Of a stretch of DNA of 64,000 nucleotides, positions 28,801-41,689 are shown one piece after another; the stretch's first letter is position 1, and every line of letters begins with the position of its first letter. The position numbers and the translations under genes were made by a program. Source of the DNA: Amphiscolops sp. MND2022 (lineage: Eukaryota); the NCBI GenBank assembly GCA_964187785.1, contig OZ076413.1, positions 48,176,001-48,240,000 on the forward strand, given 5' to 3'. The notes beneath the pieces are model-generated. The model searched no databases, was not told the origin of the DNA, and was given only the letters and a program-made list of their open reading frames with translations.

Positions 28801-31800
28801 ATTTCATTTTGGTGCGATTTAGAAAGTTCGAATTCGATTTCCAAAATACCTTCTAGTTAGCTTCTATAAAATACCTTCTATTCGGTGGAATAGGTATTTG
28901 CTAGAGTAAACGAGTTTGCTTTGTTCAAAATTGGCGGATTCCTTGTTTCCTCAAACGCTTTGGTATATCGAAAGTATCAAACTCGGAATCTTACTTCATT
29001 TAAAATTCGTGATCTCTTTTACATTTGAAGAAAAAAACTGTGCCTTCAAGAGCAGCGGATTTTAATTGGACCCAATGTGTATATTTTTCGACCACTTCGC
29101 AGATCTAATTAAACAAATTTGATCATAAATAGCCCGAAATAAATATGAGTAGAGTTCAACAGCCTTCTGAATGTCCGATATATCCTAATTTGAATTAAAC
29201 ATCGAAATTTATTTTGCCTATGGAGTCAACTGTGATTATAATTGGACGGCTAACTATTCATAAACGTATTTCTTAACTACATAAACAATGAGATCCGGTC
29301 ACAAAAATGGTTTAATCCTCGGGCATCTTTCAGATTTTCAAAAGTGAGATTCAGTTGTTTCGAATGTTTCAAATCAAGCGCAAGAAACGCTCAAAGCAGG
29401 CTTCATTTGCTGTTTTCACTGGACATCGATGCAAATTGAGCAGAAACACGAATGCTTCAGGAAAAAAACTTGCAAATGAAGCGTCAAAAAGCAGGCCCAT
29501 TAAAATTCAAATTATCTGCTCCCACGTCCAAATTAGACGTCTAGTTTCATAAGAAAATGTTTGAGAACCAATAATTAAATTGCTACGGAACCGAAAATAG
29601 CAACAGTTTGTCATAGAACCCTAGATATTTTTCTTCCTCTCAGTTTAGAAAATGACTTTTCAAATAAGTCAGGTTCTATATTTATTTTCGCTTTGAATCA
29701 TGCCCAAAGTTTTAGAAGCATTTGCTTAGCATCAGAAATGCTAAATTTAACAGAATATCTTGAAGTAAACCGTTTTTTAAATTAGAAAATATCCTTTTGA
29801 AAGAATATGAGATAGTGAATGTGCACTGACCATGATAATTTGATCGTTGATCTGCAGTTTTGAGGAGGGACTCTGTGTTTCGTCTGGTTGGACGGAGCTA
29901 ACATCTGGAGAGGATTGCGCACCCTGGTCGGACAATTTGGACACAAAAATAGGACAGGATAAACAATCCGACTGAAATATATGCTTTGGTAATGCAATTA
30001 AAGATGATTTTCAAGAAGCGCAAAAAATTGTTCGGAAAACAAACCAAAATATTGCCTGGATTGTTCCGTTGACTATCGAAATACCTGCAATTCGATTAAT
30101 GGTAGTTCACCTTTGGTTAGATTTTTTTCTTCAGTTTTTTTAGATACAGTATTTCTGATTTTAAGTAGTCCATCGATTGAAGATAACATCTACAAATACA
30201 GTTAGAAAGCCTAATTAGGAATGAGGAGTTCTTGAATTCATTGTTAATGACGATTCTAACCCTGAAACCCCCGGAGATGTTGAACCCTAGAGCTCCATTC
30301 TCATCTCGGTGCAGTTCAATCTCAAGCTTCTCAAATTTGTCCAAGTTTTGATCATCTGATGTCTGAAATAGGGTTTCATTGAATTCGATCACTGTACAAT
30401 AGTTATCGCTTCATGGTTTTATATTATATTAATAAATTAGAAAAATTATATAATTTTTGACCCACAAAAAAGTTTTGAAACACCTCCTCAATGTGAATGT
30501 AAAAATTTTGGTGGTGAATTGATAAATGGTTGTTTAGTTTAAACCTAATATGGTTGTTGGCTATAAAATATTGGATTTAAAACGATAAAAATTTATCAAT
30601 TTCAAATGTTATTTTCATTTTTTTTTGTTAAAATTTTGAAGTCTTCAAAAGCACCCATTATAATTCAGTTGAACACTACAACATCTACACCCTTGAAAAG
30701 CGTTGTAACGCCAGAAAACTGTACTGTACCGAATCTCGCTGAGAAAGTCAGATCCGAATTAAATCAGTTGGTTATAAAGTTTTTGAAATGATTTTGGGTA
30801 TGATCTTGACAAAATATTGGCACATTAGTCACGATGCCACGATACGATTCTACACAAAACACGCCAAACACTTGACATTTTAGATTTCTTTAATTTTGTT
30901 TATCTTGACAAATTTCGCTCTTGACGTAGAAAATGCTGGCAAGATGTTGCCAAGAATCTTGTCTTTTGATCCAAAATCTCAGCAAAAAGCGCCATGCTCC
31001 TCTGAATATGAGTTGCAAACTCTCAACTTACGACTCTTTAACTGACCTGTTGTGTATGTTCAGCATTTGTGACGTCATTGCCGTTCTCTGCTGCAGCGAG
31101 TGTTGTGAAGTAAAGCTGCGACGTCAAACTGGTGATCCTCTCCTGGAACTCCAGTGCCTGCATCTCCATCTCATTCTGGAGGGTGCTTATTCTACTCAGA
31201 AGAGACTTCTCCCTCTTGGAGTATCTACTGTGTCTGGTCTTGAGTTCACTCTCCAGGGACGCCACCCTCATCTGTAGACCTTGCACCAGCTTGGTCACGT
31301 GACTGATGCAGTCGTGAGTCAGCTGTTGTTGGGGATTTTGGGAACACGATTTTGGGAAAGGCGTGCAACAATTGGCAACGCAATCAGCACCTGAAATAAA
31401 TTCATGCACTGAAAAAAAGTGTGAAAACTTTCAAAATGGAATTGATGACAAAACTGAACAGTCAAGCCTTTACGATTTTTAACCCCCAATTTTTCTATCT
31501 GTATAAATGTTTAAAAAGCGATCAGGTATCATTAAGGGGAAAACTTCGCTATTGTTTCCAATAATTTACAGGACAATTAATAATTAATAATTTCAATGAA
31601 AAAACATGAAGATCTATTTTAGAAGCATTTCCAGTGTCGAATGTTCACAAAAAACTTTTTGAACATACCCTAGTTTTCCCAAATCTCAAATTTTGCAAAA
31701 TTCGACCTATATTCTTATCAATTATGCATTTCTTACCAGAATTTTACAAGTTTGTACAAGAACATATACTTCCAAATGTTATTCCAAATTCGTATTTACT

Positions 31801-33671
31801 CCATGTAATGCAATGGAGAAAAATGACATTATCAGAGTTAGATATCCGGCTTAAAAATTTCCGGATTGTCATTCTAAAACTTGCCTGTCATCAAAATAAG
31901 CGCAAAACTTGACAAATCATCAATCTAAAACAATGTTTCTCAGAATAATACATTTTTCTTAATCTATTTCAAAACATATGTTTCCAAGCATATGTCGAAT
32001 GCCTAAATACTTTTGAACTGTTTTCGACAACCTTTTGTTCTGATGTTACTGGATGTCTTGGCGGACCAAAATGAACATACCTGTATTGTTCGAAGAGTTG
32101 TTGCCACTGATGTTGCAAATATTTTTGAACTTTTCGGAATTGATCTGAATGAGACAATCGTGATCGAGTTCCGAAGATTTTCTGTTGTTTCTGTTCGCAG
32201 AAGAAGAGTTTGAATGTGAAGAATTGCCGTCGTGGGCGGTCATAAGAGACTTGGCTTCTGCGATGAGCTGTCTTTCTGACTGGGAGCAGGCGGGGTAAGA
32301 GGAGTATAAGGAGTAAGAAGAGGGACAGGGGGAGGTATTTGTAATACTTTTACTTGTAATATTGGTGCTGCTTGTAACAATGGACGAGGAGTTCTTCTCC
32401 TTGTGTTGTTGTGAGTTGATATGTGGCGGGTGAATACCCATGGCGATGTTCTTGTTCTCCTTGGAGCAGCCTTGGGGGTTATTGCAGCAGGACTCAGCAC
32501 TTGTGCAAACGACGGAATTAGATGCAGTTGCGCTAGTTACGCAACTTATTATGCAACTACTACTATTACTGCAACTACTGCTGCTTATAGTACTGGTACT
32601 TGCATTGCTGACTTGCGTCTGATGCTGCGACGCCACTTTTGCCAATTGGTTCACGACGTTGTTGGGAATGACCAATTTGTGCACGTCAATGGGGCATGCC
32701 AGGCAAAGAGGGCAGGTCTTTTTGGACACAATATCCGGCAATAAACAGCCCGAGCACAGAGCGTGAGAGCAGCAAGGTGTCTGTAATGGCTCCTGCAGCA
32801 TTTTCTGACAACTAACGCAAATTAGCTCCGCATTCGCCCAACTCATTGCTCCCACGACATTCATATTATTCCAATTGTTGTTTCTTTCCCGTTCAACGTC
32901 TTCCTCAAAATTCACTCCACCCCTTGTTACATAATCCACCGCCCCCGTACCCACCGCGCTCACTTTCCCTCCTACTGCCTTTCCCATTCCTGCTCCCGTG
33001 GCTTTAGACCTTCCCGCTTCTTCTCCCATTACTAATCCCCCCAAAGCCGTTCCATTGATAAGTTTCCCACCCCCATTGGTTCTCACGCGATGTGATTGTG
33101 CATCCTTCATACTGCCATGAGTGGTGACACTGCTACCTGCATTGACTGTACTATTACACAGTACATGTACTTTCCCAACCACGCAATCCATAGTACTCTC
33201 ACAGCACGCCGATTCACACTTTCTCCCACTACGACTGCTACCACTGCTCGTTGAGCGAGTAGATGACGACGATGACGAGCATTTGCCGCTCTTGCTTCTC
33301 ATTGGCTGACGATGCTGATCTTGATCTCTCTTCAGCTTCGCATCTTCACAATCTCGGGTTTCGCCGGCGTGACTAGACTTTTTCTGCTGTTTTTGTTGTT
33401 CATAAAATCCGCCCATTTGGTTCTTTTTGTCTTTGTTGTTGTTTACTACAGCAGCAATGTTGTTGATGGATTCGTAGTGTCCCGTTTTGTCTAATCGACT
33501 AGAATTTTTTAAATCTGAGGGGTGCTTTTGTTTACTTTGAGGTTGGAGTGTCTTCAATTTATCCCCGCTGTAGATGACGTCATTGTTCGTTGAATTGCAA
33601 AGCTTGTTCACACCAGCAAGTGTTGACAAATTCATATCGCAAGGGACTCCTTTTTCTTGCTCACCGTCCAT
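13765..33671 (-). CDS. PDZRN3/4-like: PDZ domain-containing RING finger protein (PDZRN3/PDZRN4-like E3 ligase), 5' part. Exons 33671-32081, 31390-31047, 30362-30261, 29971-29831, 20498-20248, 18986-18803, 13863-13765
   Basis: RING CVSC..C.SH.LC..C..CPLC; coiled coil with the family motif KREKSLL; PDZ1 (GALGFNISGG / IFVSKL / LQINDQII / VN...HEEAVNII); PDZ2 start (EKLGITVC). All six introns are GT-AG with matching phases (1,0,0,0,2,0). Later exons were not found and are presumed to lie left of the window. Confidence 0.9.
18803..18986 (-). CDS. PDZRN-like exon 6 (linker before PDZ2)
   Basis: ttttccag|C TGG...YDIEYE|gtaaga; phase 2-0 fits both neighbours. Confidence 0.8.
19096..19359 (-). mobile_element. 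tRNA-derived SINE, copy 1
   Basis: Minus-strand head (19359-19286) with A box TGGTATAGTGG and B box GGTTCGAATC, ending in ACCA, followed by a body of about 190 bp shared with 21891-22150. Confidence 0.75.
20248..20498 (-). CDS. PDZRN-like exon 5 (end of PDZ1 plus linker)
   Basis: gtttag|VNETSLENVGHEEAVNIIKQSCDPVKFTVLRQ...ACQTD...GA|gtaagt; phase 0-2. Confidence 0.9.
20626..20797. repeat. Dispersed direct repeat of about 170 bp, copy 1
   Basis: gaacgctagggagag...tact.cctcccc is repeated at 21702-21873 with about 90% identity. Confidence 0.85.
21032..21160 (-). mobile_element. 3' end of a Helentron-associated (HINE/DINE-1-like) element
   Basis: Minus strand GCGCCGACTT-CA-GACG-TTCC-CGTC-TTGTTT, the same terminus as at 36451-36480. 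Confidence 0.6.
21702..21873. repeat. Dispersed direct repeat of about 170 bp, copy 2
   Basis: Matches 20626-20797. Confidence 0.85.
21891..22150 (-). mobile_element. tRNA-derived SINE, copy 2
   Basis: gagattcgaacctgataccgcc is shared with copy 1 and the body is colinear. Confidence 0.75.
25517..27500. repeat. Old degenerate copy, in the opposite orientation, of the minisatellite-bearing element ending at about 44728
   Basis: 25517-25640 aligns with the reverse complement of 44620-44728 and is followed by decayed AT-rich subunits. Confidence 0.5.
27757..27970 (+). mobile_element. tRNA-derived SINE, degenerate copy 3
   Basis: tggtttagtggtcagagcatt...gcggaatcagttttgaac resembles the head; gcagcttgaagt resembles the tail. 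Confidence 0.5.
29831..29971 (-). CDS. PDZRN-like exon 4 (middle of PDZ1); this frame is not in the ORF track
   Basis: atttcag|SDCLSCPIFVSKLSDQGAQSSPDVSSVQPDETQSPSSKLQINDQIIM|gtcagt; 141 nt, phase 0-0. Confidence 0.88.
30261..30362 (-). CDS. PDZRN-like exon 3 (start of PDZ1)
   Basis: tttcag|TSDDQNLDKFEKLEIELHRDENGALGFNISGGFR|gttaga; 102 nt, phase 0-0. Confidence 0.9.
31047..31390 (-). CDS. PDZRN-like exon 2 (Cys/His remnant plus coiled coil)
   Basis: tttatttcag| ... CAG|gtcagt; HDCISHVTKLVQGLQMRV...KREKSLLSRISTLQNEMEMQAL. Confidence 0.9.
32081..33671 (-). CDS. PDZRN-like coding exon 1 (long low-complexity N-terminus plus RING finger)
   Basis: 541-aa ORF containing the RING; phase-1 donor ACAG|gtatgt; likely acceptor tttgtag at 33757 giving a short 5' UTR. 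Confidence 0.88.
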
Positions 33672-36450
33672 GACGCGTTAAGTAAAATGGGGTCCGTTAT
33701 TGGATTCAAACGGTGTCTTTCACCTCCTCACAAAATGATTGAAGGATGTCCAGTGGCTACAAATACATTTAATATTAACTCCGTACAAAAGAATCCTTTG
33801 TTTAGGTAATCAAAAACAACCAGATAAATAAAACATGGCTGAGGAATGCCACCTTTTAACAACTTTAGGCTGACCAATTCAGGTGTGGAAATGGAACAAA
33901 AGAAATTCAGTACAAAAAATGGAGGAAATTACAATAAAAGTCTTTTTGTGCTGAATGTTGTCGAATTTCTGTAAATTTTTCATGAACAGGTGTAATACAA
34001 AGTAGCGACATTAGACTTAATGTCATTGAGGAATTAAGTTGTTATTGAAAATCTATTTGAAAAAGCTGCTGTGAAATTTTGGTAGACCAGAAAGAAAAAT
34101 GAACAAATCAGCAGCATTAGAATGATTTCAATCGAGACATTTGTTGAAAAATGAAGAAAAATCATGCTGTGAAAATTACTAACATTGAATGAAATTTGTT
34201 TCGTCTTTTTCAACTGCCATTGGCTAACAAAGAAGATAGCTCTTACGTAATTTGCGTCTGTGCCATTTTGTGCGTTAAATTCGCTCTCAAAAAACAAATT
34301 TGCGATGGATAAATCCAAAAATCTCCTGTAACAATAAAGGAATTTATTGCACAAAGGAAAAAGCTGATAAATTATTGATTCAAGTAAAATATGCTGCTAT
34401 TTAAGACAGCCAAAGTAGCTATTCAAACATAAGCTCAGAGATAGACGTCTCTATTCTTTTTGTGCCTGGTTTCCAGGCGTAACTCAAAATTTTCCTAACA
34501 ATGTCTGGAATTTTGCAGAGAATGATGATAAATATTGAATTTGGAAGCGATTAAACGGAAGTCAAAACGGGTGTGAAGGAATTCTGAACAAGTAGCAAAA
34601 GGGTGCCTCCTTGTTTTGGTGGCTTGCTGCTACAAGATTAGGAGCAGATTTCTGCTTCCACACAAAACAGGTTTGGGCCGGGAAACAGGCGAAAGGTATT
34701 ACACAAATGGATTTGTAGGAAAACTGTAAGGTGGATACATTTAGAGCCCCACTTTCTGTATTTGCAGTACTTCTTCACGTGACTCTGTATAACATTGAGA
34801 AAAGTGTATATAAAACACAAGAAGAATATAAATGGTAAGATATCTTGGTATATACTCTCTTGTGGACATACAGGGCTCTATGGACGGTAGGTTGGGAATA
34901 ATAAGAGGGGAGGGTAGCAATGATTAATACGTAATTACCGGGGGTAGTCTTGTATTGAAGGGTTTTGTTTTCGTTTGAATCCGAGAATGCTTGGATACCT
35001 GCGGGGGCGCAAATGACCAAATTGTGGCGGCGGACACAAGCAGAAACTTGGACTGCAGCCCCCTATCGAAGTATCTGCTCCAAATTCAATCAGCTGGCTA
35101 CGGAAACAACTCCGCTGGCTTGTGTCCAGCAGCAGAAAGCAAAAACCTCAAACTTAAACTGGCTTGGCCGGCTCTCTGAGGCCAGAAAGGGATCGGTCAC
35201 CAACAATATTATTGATAACCAGTCTAAAACTTATAATAACTTTCCCGCACTCAAAACTTGTACACTTACCAAGACTTTCTTCATTTTGTGTCCAATAACT
35301 GCTCCCAAACTTTGGGAATTTTTGTACCAAGAGAAATAACAAAGGGGAAACATTGAGACACCAAGACGTAAAAGCAAAGATCTGTTTTTATATCTGATCG
35401 AAAGAGAGAAAAAGAGTGGATTTGTTTATTAAAGAATTCTTCTGCTTGAGAGAAGAAATGTCTTGGGGCAACTGACGAATTTCGTTGTTGACTGATAAAA
35501 CTTACGAATGTTCAGCACTTTCTTATCATGCTTTAAAAAGAACAAACTGGACAACGTCACAGACTCTGGAAAATGGTTTTGGTACCCCAGCAAACCAGCT
35601 GGACTATATATCTTCTCCAAAGTTATCCAGAAGTATCCAGTATTGCAGTACCATGGTAAAACTTGGAACGAATCCAAAGCAGAAGCTACGATAACACAAT
35701 TCGCATAAGTTACAAATTAGGCTGAAAACGCTTCTTGTAAAGAACTATAAAGATCAAAAAAGATAAATTCATGAAACCATTTTGCAAAGTCTTTGAAGTT
35801 TCAAAATAAGTGGTCTATTGTGCTTGAGAACATGCGATTGTTACACATTTTAATTCAAATGACGTTTTATGACACGGCCGGGTTGTTGTTTTGATTCTAA
35901 TTGGATAAAAAGTAAAACACAAAATATTGAAATGAAAGCTGGAGTTTTCGGTTTACGTGCTTTCATGAAACTTGATTCGTGAAACATGTAACTTTATTTT
36001 CGCTTGTAGGTGTCTGGAAAGAATTAAGGAGAATCTTCCTGGGAAGTTTGTTTGAGTTAAGATTGGTTTGATTCGAAGAAAACTAGGGTTTAGCACTTAC
36101 AGAAGATTCATTGTGTGAAGCTAATGAAGTTTTGAAAACGTTTACTAAACATTTATTCTATTCTTTAATTTCAGTTTGAAATCAATTTCCTTAAGAATCA
36201 TTAAAGTTTACTTTGGTGAAGTATGGTAAAACAAGACACTATACTACAACCCCTATTAAACATTTCACTTTCACGTGACAGAAATTGATTCATTTTATTG
36301 TGAATGTTTCAGTTTCAAACGTTGGAAAATTCGTTGAAAGAGTCTCTTCCAATTGTTCCGCCATGAACAAACTAGCGTCATGCCGAATGCAAGCATCGGC
36401 ATCGGGAAGTCAAAATATAATGACACTTACCAGGCTTACCATCTAAAATG

Positions 36451-36856
36451 AAACAAGCCGGGAACGGCCCAAGTCGGCGCTATATCTAAAGCTCAAAAAT
36501 AGCAAAAGGACTTCAAAATGTCAAAGTATCGGGGAATTGGGGACCCATTTAATGAAAAATTTTTTTTAAAAAGTCTCACATTCCCAAAAAAACTGAAAGG
36601 GGGACCCTTCAGTGAATTTTTTTTCGAAAAAAAGTCTCACAGAGACAAAAATTTTCTAAGGGAGAACCCTTTGGCCCCTGTGAGATTCTTAGATGATGTA
36701 AAAATACTACTTCGTCAGCTACGTAAGAATTGTAACAAATTGTAAGATTGTAAGAATTGTAAGAAAAGTGGACCATTCAGAGTGAGATTGTCAGCTGGAA
36801 AAACTACCCTCTGTAATACTCGGGCTTTTTTCCTTAAGGGAAAAGGCGCCGACTAA
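36451..36856 (-). mobile_element. Helentron-associated non-autonomous element (HINE/DINE-1-like)
   Basis: Subterminal inverted repeats AGTCGGCGC (36472) / GCGCCGACT (36846); imperfect palindrome beside the 5' subTIR; internal TGTAAGAAT-like tandem repeat (36723-36765); 3' hairpin GCCG-TTCC-CGGC followed by TTGTTT. Confidence 0.65.
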
Positions 36857-36857
36857 C

Positions 36858-39800
36858 AAGACGACCGCTGAGCAGTGAGATGTCTTCCGCCCCAAACTGT
36901 TCTATAATTACATAAATTTGATGATCAAGAATAGCCAATGCACTATAAATACGCAAAGAATTTCGAATAAACGGTAACTCGTGAAAGATAAACATACCAC
37001 TTTAGTTGATTGCATCGAAAAAACTACAACTGAACTGATTTTATGTTTCTCGAGAACCAACAAAATATAACAAATAATGGTAAACACAGCTACCCTTTCT
37101 TTTTTGGAATCAATATAAGGTCACTAAGATGTCATTTTGATGAGCTAATGCTCAAAAAACAAGACTATGACTCAAATAGGCCGAGCCTAATATTCATCAC
37201 GGAATCATGGCTGACAGAAAACGACCCACTCAGCGAGTACGCACTTGAAGGATACCAGCAACTAGAATCAAAGCCTAGAAAAAATGGCACGCGGGGTGGA
37301 GTCGCTTTTTACGCTCGATATGGGGTCGACTATCAAATTATTGATTATTCAAGTGAGTTGGAGTGTCTGATAATCGAAGCTACGTTCGACGAAGCTAATA
37401 TCAAAAACTTCTGTGTGGTTTATCGACCAGATGGTGTCAAATTCACTGTTTTCCATGATTTATTCGAGTCTTTACTGCTGCTTTTAAAAACACTGAAACA
37501 CGACTGTACGCTCTTTGGAGATTTCAACATCGACACTCTAAATGACGACAATGAGAAACGAAAATATGTAACCTTACTTGCTGCATGTGGATATGAAATA
37601 CAGAACTCTTCACCAACTAAAGTCACAACCACTAGCTCAACTTGCATAGACCATGTTATCAACGGTTTTGAAATTGAAATTAAAACAGTTAAAGTAAAGT
37701 GATCATTGTGCGCTTCAATCTGAATTTCCTATTCTATTGAATGATAACAAGAAAAGGGAGGAACCTATGCTCTTACGCAGGGATCTGAGAAACATCAAAG
37801 GTCCAAAAGCGCTAAACTTTTTGTTTCTATTAGACCAGAAATTGAAATCTGTGGACAAAACAACTGATCCCGAATAATTTCTAAGCGAAATTGTAAGTTG
37901 TATTATGTTTTGTGTTGACAAATGTGCTCCTATTAAGATCTTCAAGAAAAGGCGTCAACAAACCTGGGTTACAAATAGGGTGAAAAACCTACTTAGTCAA
38001 AGAGATAAAGCGTTTGAGAAATGGATCAAAGAACCGAAAATTTTAAACAGAAATGAACTCAAGAGTTTAAGAAATAAAGTAACTAATGAAATCCGAAAAG
38101 CAAAAAACGAATACAATTATAAGCTATTAGGTGAAAATCCATCAGCCAGCAGAATATACAAAACGTTGAAGTGCAAGAAAAGTGCAAATCAGCCGACGAA
38201 TAAAATGCCAGGAGTTGAAGCGTTGAATGAATATTCCTTGAATACGACCAAGTAGGTCCAGACTTATCCTCAAAACTCCCGAATCTAGTTTACGTATCGA
38301 CGATACCTAGAATAACCAAAACCATGGTGTTAAACAATACCACTACTGAAGAAATAACCAAAATATTTCGAAATTTAAAAAACAAGAAAAGTACTGGACA
38401 TGATGGAATATCCAATGAAATTCTGAAATGCTGTTCCCCAATCATTGAACCCTATGTTGCAGATGTTTTCAACAAATATTTGGAACAGAGTATCTTTCCA
38501 GAACCTTTCAAAATAGCCAGAGTAATTCCGCTGTTTAAAAAAGGAGACAGAAGTAATCCTGAGAATTACAGGCCAATCAGTTTGTTAAGTTCACTCAGTA
38601 AAGTTTTTGAAAAGGTACTATGTAAGTGAATGACGAAATTTTTCAAGAAAAACGAATCTTTTACACCCAATCAATATGGTTTCAGAAATAAACGTAGTTG
38701 TAATCATGCTATCGGTGAAGTTTTAGATTACATTCGAAATGAGATGGATAAACGTAACGCAGGAAGTGCATGTTTTATTGATTTGAAAAAAGCATTCGAT
38801 ACACTAGATCACAATATTTTACTGCAAAAACTAGAGAAGTATGGTTTTAGGGGCAAAATATTATGTCTTTTAACAAATTATCTTGAAAATAGACAACAGT
38901 ACGTTGAAGATAATCAAATTCGCTCGAAGACCAAAGAACTAAAGACAGGCGTACCGCAAGGATCAGTCTTGGGTCCATTCTTATTCTTAATTTACATAAA
39001 TGATCTTCCCCTTGTTTGCGAGAAAAGCAAAATATCGCTATTTGCTGATGACACAACGGTATATAATATGGGTATGAACTCAGAAAAAGAAATCACTGAA
39101 GATGTACGGAAAATGCGAAATTGGTTTGACGTGAACAAATTAACACTCAATGTCGAAAAATGCGAATCCATTAGTTTCGGTAGAGCACAACCGGTAAGTG
39201 AAGAAACATTCGGTGAAAAAATCTCATGCAAAAGTTCGTGCAAGTATCGAGGTGTATTAATAGACAATAAACTGAACTTCAAGGATCATGTTGATTATGT
39301 GTCAAAAAAACTGAACAAATTCTGCGGGCTGGTTTATAGAATAAGACACCTTTATCCCTTGCATTGTTTACTTCTCTTTTATAAATCATATGCAAAACCG
39401 CTTATTACATATGGTCTGTTGAATTATGGCAGTACAACCAAAACGAATCTTCAACCTATTGAAAATGCACAAAGGAGAATTATTCGAGCAATGTTTTTCA
39501 AAAAAAATCTGAATCTCTCCAAAATATTATTGAGGATAAAAAATTCCTGACAGATTACGAAATGTATATATCGGAATTAGTCATTGAACTTTTCAGACAA
39601 TTGAGAAGAAATTCGCCATTTGACCATATGAAGGATCATTTTGTTCCTTATGAAATCAATAAACGTAGAAAGTCAAAAAGTTTACTACCAGTAACAATCG
39701 ATAGAACACAACTGAAAAGGCGTTCTCTCAAAAATGCTGTCATCAAAACGTATAACTGGTTGAAGTCATGTGATCTGATGCCTGAGAAGGTTGAATCATT

Positions 39801-40095
39801 AACAAACACACAAGTGAAGAATCATCTTCGTCAAATTATGGAGTTATTTATACCAAACAATAAAGAACTCTTCGACTTTTTTTACGTCATATAACAAAAC
39901 TAGTACTGAACGTATCATTTATGAATTGACTACAAGCAATAAAAAGAAGTGAAATACGGGGTAGCTTTAAGATGTCATTGTTCGTTCTCTGGGGCGAAGA
40001 CATTAGAAGAGCTGATCAGCTCATTCTTCGTCCCTTTTGTTTGTATAGTTTATTTCTTATGTAATGGCCTACAAATGAATAAATAAATTCTTTCT
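36858..40095 (+). mobile_element. LINE (CR1/L2-like group) ORF2 pseudogene: APE endonuclease plus reverse transcriptase, with 3' UTR
   Basis: APE motifs NIRS, ITESWL, GGVAFY, VYRP, GDFN, IDHV. RT motifs YRPISLL, QYGFR, FIDLKKAFD, GVPQGSVLGP, FADD. Broken into five ORFs (37043-39894) by stops and frameshifts; ends aatgaataaataaattc. Confidence 0.95.
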
Positions 40096-41689
40096 TAAAA
40101 AAGTTGTTATTCACTTTAGCCCAATTTCAAAGGAAACACCTAATTTGTTCTTTCTGCGATAGCTGGCCATTTTTTGTTTTTTGGCACTATGCGACGTACC
40201 GAGTAAGGAGAACGATTATCTTAAATTTTTTCGAAAAAAATTTCGAAGAACATTTTTCAATTTTTTTTGTTTTTGAAGTTTTCTCTGGAAGAAAAAAGTT
40301 TCCCGAGTCTCGAGGCTAGCCTCTTTGTTACGTTTGATTATAGGGAACTGTTGAGAATTCTTATTGATTGTTGAAAATACCTCATTTCAGATTTATTTGT
40401 CTCTGTTCGTCTTTCCGATACTTTCTTTTGGTCGAAAGGTATCCCATTGCTTTCCTAACAAATTTTGGCTTCAAAAAAGTAGTTTTGCGTCCTGAAACGT
40501 GTTTCGTCATCATAGGAATTTACCGAAAAAATTGAAAAATAGGATGTTTTTGTGATTCCTGTTTGGGAAAAAGTGATTTTCGAGTCTCAGGCGTATTTCT
40601 TTGTGTAATTTTTGGCACTGAGAAGTTAGGAAAAAAAGCTTGAAACTAGGTCCTTTGCAAGTTTAGGACACTTGAACGGTTTCGGTTTGTTATATTATTG
40701 CACAAAGTTTCACCAGGAATGTCGAAAGTGATTTGGACAACTTTGGGGTCAAATTGAGGACTTTTTCTAACAAGAATCCACAGATGTCTCTCCAAAAACA
40801 AGCCTTCTGGACACCGAGTTTAGTAGTTGTTGAATGTTCACACCATTATAACCCACGAAGTAGCTCGAAACAATTTCCTTTGGAAGATGTACTCCATATC
40901 TAGTGGTTCTGCTTGGAGCTTATTGAAACTAAATTTTGCACAAATGTCGAAATTTACGCTTCCAAGAAACGTTTTTGAAGCTTGTGCAGATAAACTTTTC
41001 TGATGTCTTTTCGGAACACTACAGTTAGCTACACGTTTCAATCCTGAACCTATACTAATTCTGATTGAAGTATATTTTCGAAAAGGGTCCAAAATCGGGT
41101 CAATGTTGTCGAAAATTAGGAAAAGTCGGAAATTTTGACACCTTTCTTATAACTCGATGAACTTCATTCCACTTTTTCCCAAATAACTATTTGAATACCT
41201 TATTATTTCAGCGCTCAGGTCAATGGAAATTCTATTTGTCAGCACTTTTCGTAGTTTGAACAAAAACTGGGGCTAATTTGTCAAAAAATGTGCTTTTTTG
41301 TTGTTTCATGGATTTTGGGTGTTTTTGAGACAATTCGAAAAAAAAACAATTCAGTTATATATTCAAAATTGCTTATTGGATACCATCATTATTCATTGTT
41401 GAGGTTTTTTTCAGCATTTTGTGCATGGAAGTAGCACAATAATTGTACGAAAAACTGCCTTAAAATGTGAAAAAAAGTTTAAATTTTTCAGTATTTGCCC
41501 TATCTGGGTCATTCTGAGGAATTAGTTTTCTCTGGTAATTTATTATTATTTTCTGGAATTATTTATTATATGGTAAATTCTTTTTGAAAAACGTGCTGTG
41601 GATTTATTTTTATCACCTGGAGCTTTTGGTTTTTATTTTACCGAAAGTCTCCAATCTCAAATAAAAATTGACTGAAAAGGTCAGAAAGC

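Noticed and set aside
30030..30086. Alternative PDZ1 exon after ttgcag
   Set aside because: Gives a stop in phase 0; the exon at 29971-29831 completes the domain correctly.
34620..35210. Solo LTR or PDZRN promoter
   Set aside because: Relatively GC-rich, but no second copy, defined termini or TSS evidence.
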